Positions 7,132 through 15,419 of a stretch of 38,284 nucleotides of DNA are shown piece by piece. The notes beneath the pieces were generated by a model that did no database searches, was not told the origin of the DNA, and saw nothing but the letters and a program-made list of their open reading frames with translations. Origin of the DNA: a virus; the IMG/VR virus record IMGVR_UViG_3300002301_000005, positions 1 to 38,284 of that record; one strand, written 5' to 3'. The position numbers and the translations under genes were made by a program. Every line of letters begins with the position of its first letter. Within the stretch, counting starts at the first letter, position 1.

Positions 7132-7490
7132 AACTCACCCGTTGTAAACTTCGCGTCGCCGCCAAGTATTAAAATTAATTCGACCCATTTCATCTGTGCT
7201 AGATCCCGTGGATTGTTGGGATTGAACTTCCAATCGGATCGTTTACATTCTCTTGAAATGAACTGACCGATCACACTGCCTACCATGTCTTGCGTAATGA
7301 GAACGGGCTTAATGCCGATCAAGTCACCTGACTTAACCTCTTCGTTGACGGCTTTAGAATCATTAGCTAATCCCCAGCGAACGAAAGAGCCACTCTCTAA
7401 CTTACCTGCGCCTACGTTGTTGCGCCATAAGCGCCAACCTAACTCTGAGGCTTGAAGTCTTATTTGATTTTGTATCTCGGCTTCGTTCAT
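7128..7490 (-). CDS. VRR-NUC domain nuclease
   Basis: GDLIGI ... ECK ... QMKW arrangement (D, ExK, QxxW) is typical of VRR-NUC. 120 aa. Confidence 0.7.
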   Translation of the reverse strand: MNEAEIQNQIRLQASELGWRLWRNNVGAGKLESGSFVRWGLANDSKAVNEEVKSGDLIGIKPVLITQDMVGSVIGQFISRECKRSDWKFNPNNPRDLAQMKWVELILILGGDAKFTTGEL

Positions 7491-7672
7491 TGCGCCATCC
7501 CCAAATCAGCAAAGGGGTTACATAAAGCTGGAATCTTTGCGTTAAACTCCCAACTTTCATAAGCGTCAATTATTGTCACCCCACTGCCTTGGCAAGTAAG
7601 CCAAGTTTTATTGTCAGTAACAGTAAGGCCACAAAACCATTGACCGTTAATAAATTTAATGCGCGGCTTCAT
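7487..7672 (-). CDS. Hypothetical protein, 61 aa
   Basis: ORF track. ATGA overlaps with both neighbours. Confidence 0.55.
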   Translation of the reverse strand: MKPRIKFINGQWFCGLTVTDNKTWLTCQGSGVTIIDAYESWEFNAKIPALCNPFADLGMAQ

Positions 7673-9261
7673 TTACTGATCCTCTCTAAAAGTTCTTCCG
7701 ACTCTTTGCGATTCAAAGTTTGAGCCGTCAATACATCAATTCCAAAGGTGTGATAGAACCTGCGCTGCGCAGTTGGTATATCTTCACCTTGTTCTGTTCT
7801 TGCACCACCCCAAATCGCCATTGCTTCTCGTAGAGCAACTTGGGCTTCCTGTTTTTCACGGTGGCGCTTCTTGATGGCACCCACAACTTCAGGGCCAGCA
7901 CCATAGGGAAAAGTCGGCTGAGCGTCTATTTCACCACGAATTTTAGCTAAAGCCTCTGGACTGAGTTCCATTAAGTCCCCATCTACCTCATCGGGAGTCG
8001 ATCTTCCAGCGGGCTCAGGCTCAAATCCACAGTAAGGGCAAGCCTTGTATATACGCTCATAGGCTGATATGCACTTAGGGCATGTCTTAATAGGGATTAC
8101 CCCATCCATAGTTCCCCTAGATCTGCGCTCCCTACGATCTAAACTCCATTCTCGATAAGCGTCGGGTAGCCCATGCCGGTGAACATTACCTACATGGTCA
8201 ATGATAATGGCCCGATCTTTACCCTCTTTAATGCGCAATGCGCGTCCAAATTGCTGACAATAAAGTGAATAAGATTGAGTGGGGCGAGCAAAAGAAACCA
8301 CCTCCAAAGCGGGCAGATCAAACCCTTCCCCAAATAAATCGACGTTTACAAGCTGCTTGATCTCACCGGCCGCAAACCTTCGGAGGATGGAGGCACGTAA
8401 GGTATCAGGGGTTTTAGCTGATACCACCTGGCTTTCAACACCTTTAGATCGATACGCTGTGGCTATCTCTTGAGCAGATTCGACATCCACGGCAAAAGTC
8501 ACACCTAACTTACCGCCAGCAATCTTAATGTAATGGGCGACCACATCACCAACAATATGGGACTCATGGACGGCTTTAGCGAGCTTTGGAGGGCTAAAGT
8601 CCCCTGAAGCTGACAAAGGTACTGCCGTCATGTCAATGTCTGAAGGTGGAGCGAATATACGGTATTCCGTAAGCCATCCTTCGTTTATCAATTGGCGCAT
8701 AGTGGGACCTTCAACCATAAAGTCAAAAAGCCCGTCTGCATGGCTACCAAGCCCATTCCCGTCTGCTCGGCAAGGTGTGGCTGTCACCCCTAAGCCCCTA
8801 GCGTTGGGGAACATAGCCATGGCCGCTCCCCACTTGTTTTTGCGTAAAACGTGATGCGCTTCATCAGTGACAGTAAGAGACACCTGTTTAAACCAAGGGT
8901 CAGTGACATCCATGCGGATCAAAGTATCGACCCCTGCCACAGCATGCTTATTAAGAGGGTCAACAAAGTTACGACCTAACTCGGTTAAATGAATCTGTGT
9001 GCAAGTCTTAGCGATGGTCTTAGGCCCAATAATGCGATGGCGAACCCCGTAACGAGCGAGCGCCAAGCTAATCTGAGTAACTAACTCTTGGCGGTGCGCA
9101 ATAGCCACACAGGCACCTTGCTCTTCAGACATGATGTTGCTAAATGTGACAGTTTTGCCACCCCCAGTAGGGATGACTAATAATGTATTCTTACTGCCCG
9201 AAGCCCACGCTGAGTAGATCTCAAATTTTGCCTGGGCTTGGAATGGCCTTAATTCGGTCAT
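7669..9261 (-). CDS. SF2 DEAD/DEAH-box helicase with a C-terminal zinc ribbon
   Basis: Motif I PTGGGKT, motif II DEAH, motif III TATP, motif VI QQFGRALR. CPKC...CPYC ribbon. Confidence 0.9.
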   Translation of the reverse strand: MTELRPFQAQAKFEIYSAWASGSKNTLLVIPTGGGKTVTFSNIMSEEQGACVAIAHRQELVTQISLALARYGVRHRIIGPKTIAKTCTQIHLTELGRNFVDPLNKHAVAGVDTLIRMDVTDPWFKQVSLTVTDEAHHVLRKNKWGAAMAMFPNARGLGVTATPCRADGNGLGSHADGLFDFMVEGPTMRQLINEGWLTEYRIFAPPSDIDMTAVPLSASGDFSPPKLAKAVHESHIVGDVVAHYIKIAGGKLGVTFAVDVESAQEIATAYRSKGVESQVVSAKTPDTLRASILRRFAAGEIKQLVNVDLFGEGFDLPALEVVSFARPTQSYSLYCQQFGRALRIKEGKDRAIIIDHVGNVHRHGLPDAYREWSLDRRERRSRGTMDGVIPIKTCPKCISAYERIYKACPYCGFEPEPAGRSTPDEVDGDLMELSPEALAKIRGEIDAQPTFPYGAGPEVVGAIKKRHREKQEAQVALREAMAIWGGARTEQGEDIPTAQRRFYHTFGIDVLTAQTLNRKESEELLERISK

Positions 9262-9282
9262 GAAAATATTTATTAAAAGTTA

Positions 9283-9311
9283 TTGACGATGTTGTCATTA
9301 TCGTTTATTCT
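9283..9311 (+). promoter_or_regulatory. Candidate sigma70 promoter for the + strand replication operon
   Basis: TTGACG (9283..9288), 17-nt spacer, TATTCT (9306..9311). A strong AAGGAG SD precedes the ATG at 9362. Confidence 0.45.
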
Positions 9312-9324
9312 GCATCCGTGTCAA
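9297..9324 (-). promoter_or_regulatory. Candidate sigma70 promoter for the - strand helicase/primase operon
   Basis: On the minus strand: TTGACA (9324..9319), 16-nt spacer, GATAAT (9302..9297). It overlaps the divergent + promoter. Confidence 0.5.
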
Positions 9325-9361
9325 GTAGTTTTGTAAATTAAATTTAACCAAAGGAGTAAAT

Positions 9362-10066
9362 ATGAGTACGTCTATAACCCTTACGAATATTGAAGAAATG
9401 AAGCATAGCGACGTTGTAATGGCGTTGGAATTTATTGCTAAGAAGATTGGCTTTGATCAGCCAAAGCAAGAAGCTGAACCTGATTCGAACACTACAACTG
9501 AAACTCAACCTGAGATCCCATCGTTTACTAACGCACCAGGCGCAGCCGGTATTGATGTTGATACGTCAGGTTTACCTTGGGATGGCCGTATTCATGCCAG
9601 CACTCGTAGCAAGACAGTTGATGGTAATTGGAAAATGCGCCGTGGTGTGGATGACGATATTGTTTCAGCCGTATTGAACGAACTGCGTCAAACAATGGGC
9701 TTGGCTCCAACTGAAGTAGTGCCACCGTCACCATTAACACCTCCACCGTCTCAAGTGTTTGCACAACCAGCAGCACAGGTGCCACCGCCCCCTTTTGCAC
9801 CTCCTGTCGCGCCCCCTGCTCCCCCAATGGCTACGTTGCCTACGGAGATCCCCCAGGTTGGTACTGCGACTGGTGCATCCCCTTCTGAGCAGATTACTTT
9901 TCCTAAGTTGATGCAGAAGATCACAGCGGCGTTTGCAGCTAAGACTTTAGACCAAGCAGCAATTGGCGCGGCAGTACAAGCAGCAGGTTTACCTTCATTA
10001 CCAATGTTGGCTTCACGCCCTGATTTAGTTCCAGTTGTGGCCACAGCTTTAGGATTAGCACTATGA
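9362..10066 (+). CDS. Hypothetical protein with an LPWDGRIH motif and a Pro/Ala-rich linker, 234 aa
   Basis: ORF track. AAGGAG SD. First gene of the operon. Function not recognised. Confidence 0.75.
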   Translation: MSTSITLTNIEEMKHSDVVMALEFIAKKIGFDQPKQEAEPDSNTTTETQPEIPSFTNAPGAAGIDVDTSGLPWDGRIHASTRSKTVDGNWKMRRGVDDDIVSAVLNELRQTMGLAPTEVVPPSPLTPPPSQVFAQPAAQVPPPPFAPPVAPPAPPMATLPTEIPQVGTATGASPSEQITFPKLMQKITAAFAAKTLDQAAIGAAVQAAGLPSLPMLASRPDLVPVVATALGLAL

Positions 10067-11160
10067 GCGTACACGCTATATTAGCCCCCAGCTCTGCATC
10101 ACGTCGTATGCAATGTCCTGGTTCACGGGTAATGGAAGCGACGTACCCACAGGCTGAGGATGACCCACGCGCATTGGAGGGCACTCTTGCTCACTTAGTA
10201 AACCAAGCGATATTTGGCAATAAGCCACTACCCGACGGCCATACTGAAGAAATGCTTGAGGGTGCTGATTTGTGGATGGACGTAATTACTAAAGTGCTTG
10301 CACGATCTGAGTCAGTTCAATTTGGCTTTGAGCAGTGGTTGACGATTTATTCGGTTCACTCTGAGTGCTCTGGTACACCTGACTTTTGGTCATACGATAA
10401 CGAGAACAAGATCATTGATGTTGTTGACTATAAGTTTGGTCATCGTTACGTTGATGTCTTTGAGAATTGGCAGTTACTTGAGTATGCAATCGGCGTGTGC
10501 GATCACATCAAGGTATTTCGCAATGATCTCAAGGTGATTCGCTTAACTATTGTGCAACCTCGTTGCTATCACCGTGAAGGCCCAGTTCGCACATGGGAGG
10601 TCACGCCCGATGATTTAGCCAAGTATATGACTCGCTTACAAAAGTCTGAGTCTGAATCAATGAAGCCTGATTGTCCTGTTCGCACTGGCTCTGAGTGCCG
10701 CGATTGTTCAGCTCGTCATGCGTGTACTAATTTACAGCGCGAGGCGTTTCATGAAGTTGAAATGAGTGTGGTCAATGCGCCGTTTGATTTGCCAGCCAAT
10801 GTGCAAAGCTGGGAGCTGCGTAAGATCAAGCGAGCAATTGATATTCTCAAAGCCCGTGAGAGTGGGCTTGAGAATGAAGTACTAGCCAAACTAAAACAAG
10901 GTACGCCGATTGCTGGATGGCGCACTGAGCAAGGTATGGGTAGAGAGAAGTGGAGCAAACCTATTGATGAAGTTTTAGCTTTAGGTCAGATGATGGGTGT
11001 TGACATTGCTAAACCCTCAGCTATTACTCCAAAGCAAGCGATCAAGGCTGGATTGTCAGCAGAGATCGTAAGTCAATACAGTGAAACCCCAAAGGGTGAG
11101 ATCAAGTTAGTTGAAGATGATTTGAACCGCGCCCGTTTAATTTTCAAGGATCAATCATGA
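10063..11160 (+). CDS. PD-(D/E)xK nuclease, DUF2800 or Cas4-like, with a 4-Cys cluster
   Basis: N-terminal SASRRMQCPGS. DVVDYKFG core. C-terminal CRDCSARHAC (CX2CX5C) as in Cas4 and AddB Fe-S nucleases. Confidence 0.75.
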   Translation: MSVHAILAPSSASRRMQCPGSRVMEATYPQAEDDPRALEGTLAHLVNQAIFGNKPLPDGHTEEMLEGADLWMDVITKVLARSESVQFGFEQWLTIYSVHSECSGTPDFWSYDNENKIIDVVDYKFGHRYVDVFENWQLLEYAIGVCDHIKVFRNDLKVIRLTIVQPRCYHREGPVRTWEVTPDDLAKYMTRLQKSESESMKPDCPVRTGSECRDCSARHACTNLQREAFHEVEMSVVNAPFDLPANVQSWELRKIKRAIDILKARESGLENEVLAKLKQGTPIAGWRTEQGMGREKWSKPIDEVLALGQMMGVDIAKPSAITPKQAIKAGLSAEIVSQYSETPKGEIKLVEDDLNRARLIFKDQS

Positions 11161-11363
11161 GCACTAAGCGAGAACGAATTGCAGAATTAGCGAAGCTAGA
11201 GTACGCAACCTTATCAACCATTAATGCTAATCAACAACGTAATGTTGGAGGTATGGATTATGACGAGCGTGAGCAGTTTCACGTAGAGCAAACCCTTTTG
11301 CGTTCGGATTTAATTGACATTCAACGCAAGATTCAAAACGAACTTAATTCAATCGAGGAATAA
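11157..11363 (+). CDS. Hypothetical protein, 68 aa
   Basis: ORF track. ATGA overlap with the upstream gene. Confidence 0.6.
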   Translation: MSTKRERIAELAKLEYATLSTINANQQRNVGGMDYDEREQFHVEQTLLRSDLIDIQRKIQNELNSIEE

Positions 11364-11368
11364 ATATC

Positions 11369-12202
11369 ATGGCAAGAACCAATTTCACCACTCCAGTTGG
11401 CCGCTTAGTAATGGGCTCTTTGTATAAGCCACAAACTACTGACGCTGACGGTAAACCATTAGTTGTTAAGTCTGGCCCTAATGCCGGTCAACCTAAAGTA
11501 ACTTATTTCTTTGCGTTAGCTATCCCTAAGAACCCTGGCGAGACTCATTGGTCTCAAACTACTTGGGGCGCAACGATTTATAAAGCTGGAGCTGAAGCGT
11601 TCCCACAGGCTTGCCAAGCACCATCTTTTGCATGGAAAGTTGTGGATGGCGACTCCACTATTCCTAACAAAAAAGGCATTGCCCCAATTACTCGCGAAGG
11701 TTATAAGGGCAACTGGGTAATCTCATTTTCTAGCGGGTTTGCACCAAAGATTTATAACAATGATGGTAGCCAAGCAATTGTTGAACCTGATGCAGTTAAG
11801 CTCGGTTATTTTGTTCAAGTCAATGCTGATGTGGATGGCAACGGCAGTAATCAAAACCCTGGCGTTTATATCAATCACAGCATGGTGGCGTTATCTGCCT
11901 ATGGCCCTGAGATTGTTGTTGGTGCCGATGCGTCTAGCGTAGGATTCGGTCAAGCCCCATTGCCAGCAGGCGCTACAACTACGCCACCAGCAGCGTTCAC
12001 ACCACCTGCTATGCCTGCACCAGCTTCAATTCCCACTCCTAACCCAGCGTTCTTGCAACCACCAGTGCCTGCTGCCCCAGCGGTACCAGCAGCACCAGCG
12101 CACGTAATGTTACCTCCTGCTAATGGTGCAAGCTATGAGTCCATGATTGCTGCCGGATGGACTGATGCGCTACTTGTTCAACATGGAATGATGCAGGGAT
12201 GA
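11369..12202 (+). CDS. DUF2815-like putative ssDNA-binding protein with a Pro/Ala-rich C-terminus
   Basis: N-terminal TPVGRLVMGSLYKPQ ... VTYFFALAIPK resembles the DUF2815 pattern. It sits in the canonical position between the DUF2800 nuclease and the polymerase. Confidence 0.55.
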   Translation: MARTNFTTPVGRLVMGSLYKPQTTDADGKPLVVKSGPNAGQPKVTYFFALAIPKNPGETHWSQTTWGATIYKAGAEAFPQACQAPSFAWKVVDGDSTIPNKKGIAPITREGYKGNWVISFSSGFAPKIYNNDGSQAIVEPDAVKLGYFVQVNADVDGNGSNQNPGVYINHSMVALSAYGPEIVVGADASSVGFGQAPLPAGATTTPPAAFTPPAMPAPASIPTPNPAFLQPPVPAAPAVPAAPAHVMLPPANGASYESMIAAGWTDALLVQHGMMQG

Positions 12203-13983
12203 TCCCAGTCCCACCAATATGGGTGTTTGACCTTGAGTGCTATCGGGATTATTTCTTGATAGCACTCAAGAATGTCTATTCGCGCCAAATTGAATCCTAC
12301 GAATTTTATCCAGGAATTGAACCTGACTATGAGCGTATTAAGACGAGTCTTACGACGAAACAACTTATTAGCTTTAACGGCATTAATTACGATATTCCTT
12401 TACTACGGCTTTTCTTTGCTAACAATGATAATGCGACTTTAAAGAAGGCTAGTGATGCGATTATTGTTGAGAATATGCGCCCTTGGGAATTAGAAACAAT
12501 GTACGGTGGCGCTGATTTTCACCCTGATCATATTGATCTTATTGAAGTGGCTCCAGGCATGGTGGGCTTGAAGCTCTATGGTGGCCGTATGCACTCACAC
12601 CGATTGCAAGACCTACCAATTGATCCAGCGGCAAATATCACACCCGCTGATCGCCCAATACTTAAAGATTACTGTATCAATGATTTGAATACAACGATCG
12701 ACATGTACTTTCAACTTAAGCCTCAAATTGATTTGCGTGTGGCAATGAGCGCTAAATACGATATTGATTTGCGATCTAAATCTGATGCACAAATTGCTGA
12801 AGCGGTGATTCGTCAAGAGGTTCAAAAGAAAGTTGGCCGTAAGATATATCGCCCTGATATTAGCCCCGATTACACATTTAAATATCGTATTCCTGAGTTT
12901 GTAAGTTTTACGGCACCTGGCATGCAAAAGGTACTGGAAATTATTAGAAATGCAACGTTTACCATCAATGAAAAAGGATCTGTTGAACTGCCTCAGATTT
13001 TTGAGTCTATGCGCATTTGCATTGGCTCTAGTACTTATACTATGGGAATCGGTGGTTTACATAGTAATGAGTCATGTAGCTCCCATGTCTCTAATGAGAA
13101 CGTATTTCTAAAAGATCGCGATGTAACGAGTTACTACCCGTCGATTATTTTGAATCAGAGTCTATACCCCGCACACATGGGCGAAGCCTTTTTAGAGGTG
13201 TATCAAGGTATTGTCTCTCAGCGCATTGAGGCTAAACGTACTGGTGACAAAGTAACTAATGAGGCCATGAAAATTATGATCAACGGATCTTTTGGTAAAT
13301 TTGGTAGCAAGTGGTCAGTTCTTTACTCGCCCGACTTGCTCATTCAAACCACTGTGACCGGCCAACTTGCGCTTTTGATGCTAATTGAGAATATTGAACT
13401 TGCAGGGTTTACTGTAGTGAGTGCCAATACTGATGGCATTGTGATTAAGGGCTATGAATCTAGAGTTGAAGATCTTAATGGTGTAATCTCATATTGGGAG
13501 GCAGTCACAGGGTTTAATACTGAGGAAACTGAATACCGCGCTCTTTATTCAAAAGACGTAAACAATTATGTTGCAATCAAACCTAGTGGTGAAGTCAAAT
13601 TAAAAGGGCTTTATGCTCCAGCAGGTATGCAAAAAAATGTCACTAATTCAATTTGCGTTGAAGCCGTGATTGAGTACTTACGATCGGGAACACCTGTACC
13701 AAGCACAATTATGGGATGTTCGGACGTGCGTAAATTTATTACAATTCGCCAAGTTAATGGTGGGGCTAAATACGATGATCAATATCTTGGTAAGGCTGTT
13801 CGTTGGTACTATCGAAAAGGTGAGGCTCGTTCAATCCGTTATGCAGCTAATAACAATAAAGTTGCTCGATCTGATGGGGCCTTTCCTTTAATGGAGCTAC
13901 CTCCTGCTCTACCGCAAGATGTCGATTACGATTGGTACATCAAGGAAGCACAATCTATTCTCAATGATGTGGGCTATGCTTGA
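12199..13983 (+). CDS. Family B DNA polymerase, 594 aa
   Basis: Exo I VFDLECY. Motif A DVTSYYPSIIL (DxxSLYPS). Motif B KIMINGSFGKFG (KxxxNSxYG). Motif C NTDGIVI (DTD-like). Confidence 0.8.
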   Translation: MIPVPPIWVFDLECYRDYFLIALKNVYSRQIESYEFYPGIEPDYERIKTSLTTKQLISFNGINYDIPLLRLFFANNDNATLKKASDAIIVENMRPWELETMYGGADFHPDHIDLIEVAPGMVGLKLYGGRMHSHRLQDLPIDPAANITPADRPILKDYCINDLNTTIDMYFQLKPQIDLRVAMSAKYDIDLRSKSDAQIAEAVIRQEVQKKVGRKIYRPDISPDYTFKYRIPEFVSFTAPGMQKVLEIIRNATFTINEKGSVELPQIFESMRICIGSSTYTMGIGGLHSNESCSSHVSNENVFLKDRDVTSYYPSIILNQSLYPAHMGEAFLEVYQGIVSQRIEAKRTGDKVTNEAMKIMINGSFGKFGSKWSVLYSPDLLIQTTVTGQLALLMLIENIELAGFTVVSANTDGIVIKGYESRVEDLNGVISYWEAVTGFNTEETEYRALYSKDVNNYVAIKPSGEVKLKGLYAPAGMQKNVTNSICVEAVIEYLRSGTPVPSTIMGCSDVRKFITIRQVNGGAKYDDQYLGKAVRWYYRKGEARSIRYAANNNKVARSDGAFPLMELPPALPQDVDYDWYIKEAQSILNDVGYA

Positions 13984-14974
13984 TATTTATCAAACTGATC
14001 ACATGGAATTAGCGGTGCGTGAAATGTATTTGCGTAATCATCGTTTTGTGGTCTATTGCACTCAAAAAAATAAACGCAAGATCCCATTAAGGTTAAACGA
14101 GGTCAAAGATATACCCATGGTATTGGCTCGAGAATGGGACCCGTTTTTTCAAAAGAGCGTTGATTTTTGGAAAGAAGAAGGGGGTATGCTTTTGTATCGT
14201 CATTTTCCAGTTAATCCGCAGAAAATTTCAGCTGAAGCGGCTTTATTTACTGAAGCGCCTTTATCTTGCATGGAATTTGAAATTCTTAGTTCTGAGATTG
14301 AGCGAGAAGCAGTTATTTATCGCCCACCAACTTGGAACTTACATGAGCACACTCTTGAGTATAAAAACCCAACTAGCAATGTGCACTACACGTTATTTAC
14401 CTTGATTCAATGCCTTATGGGGCGCGAGCTTCCACCTAGACTTGAAGCCGCTTTAGATTACTCAGGTTTTAAAGCCAGAGATAAAGTGGCAGTATTTGAG
14501 GGGAGGGAAGTCGAGGCAATCACAGGTATTGATGACCGTCAATTACGCACGATTCTCAATGGGCGAGGGTTACATAAAGTTTATAATCGGTACCACTGTT
14601 ACACACCTATTATTGAGCCTGAAGATCCCGACCTACTGTACTTTTACAACATGCTTTTGGCCACACCAGCAATGCCTAATAATGAGCGCTATTTGCGAAT
14701 GGATTTGTTTCCTGGACAAGTGCGCCTACCTAGTCAAAATCGATTTATGAGCCGATTAGTTCGCGAAAACTACATCAAGCGCAATCCCTATATTTATGTC
14801 ATTCGCACTGGCTATAAACCTTTGGACTACCCTGTGATTGATGCAATTGCCAACGCTAGGCGCGGTGAATGGTTCCGTATGCGAAACCTTATTGATCAAG
14901 CACCTGAATATCCACTAGTTCAGTGCTTTGAGGATGAAACTCAACTTGAGCAGTCTGAATCCGAACTGACTTAA
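13976..14974 (+). CDS. Orphan protein, 332 aa (start moved to the ATG at 13976, overlapping the polymerase stop)
   Basis: Long ORF. ATGCTTGA overlap with the polymerase stop. No recognised motif. Confidence 0.65.
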   Translation: MLDIYQTDHMELAVREMYLRNHRFVVYCTQKNKRKIPLRLNEVKDIPMVLAREWDPFFQKSVDFWKEEGGMLLYRHFPVNPQKISAEAALFTEAPLSCMEFEILSSEIEREAVIYRPPTWNLHEHTLEYKNPTSNVHYTLFTLIQCLMGRELPPRLEAALDYSGFKARDKVAVFEGREVEAITGIDDRQLRTILNGRGLHKVYNRYHCYTPIIEPEDPDLLYFYNMLLATPAMPNNERYLRMDLFPGQVRLPSQNRFMSRLVRENYIKRNPYIYVIRTGYKPLDYPVIDAIANARRGEWFRMRNLIDQAPEYPLVQCFEDETQLEQSESELT

Positions 14975-15419
14975 TACGCGGGGCACTTTGTTGATAGAGC
15001 TGATTTAGTTCTTGAAGTGTGGCCATTTGGCTAGTATCAGCTTGCTTTTGCGGTGCGCTACCCATAAGGGCAATTGCCGCCTTTAGTTGGACTTCTTTAC
15101 CTGCCGCGCTACTTGCGGACTCCATTGCAAGCCCGTGAATTACCTCAAGGGCCTCAAGGTGATAAGCGCGAGTCAATCGCTCTAGTTCATCTGAGAACTG
15201 CTCGTTGCTCATCTTACGATACTCAGGATCTTGCTTAACTTTGGCTATGGCGGCCACAAATCCTTGAAGCGTATCGGAAGCGCGAATGTAACCGTCTAGT
15301 TCCCTAGCGGTGACACCCAAATAGCAAGAAGATAAGAATAGATCACCCTTAGCTTGAGTCAGAGCAGCTTTAATCGTATCTTCAGTGATTAACCCATCGC
15401 GGAGCAATTCCCTAGCCAT
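14889..15419 (-). CDS. HTH-containing protein, 176 aa; small terminase or regulator candidate
   Basis: N-terminal LSSCYLGVTARELDGYI is HTH-like, followed by a helical C-terminus. Last gene of the late operon. Function uncertain. Confidence 0.6.
   Translation of the reverse strand: MARELLRDGLITEDTIKAALTQAKGDLFLSSCYLGVTARELDGYIRASDTLQGFVAAIAKVKQDPEYRKMSNEQFSDELERLTRAYHLEALEVIHGLAMESASSAAGKEVQLKAAIALMGSAPQKQADTSQMATLQELNQLYQQSAPRIKSVRIQTAQVEFHPQSTELVDIQVLDQ

Noticed and set aside
9435-10184. Four overlapping ORFs on both strands within and around 9362..10066
   Set aside because: They arise in the GC-rich Pro/Ala-coding segment where stop codons are rare in all frames. The annotated frame has a strong SD and ATGA coupling to the next gene.
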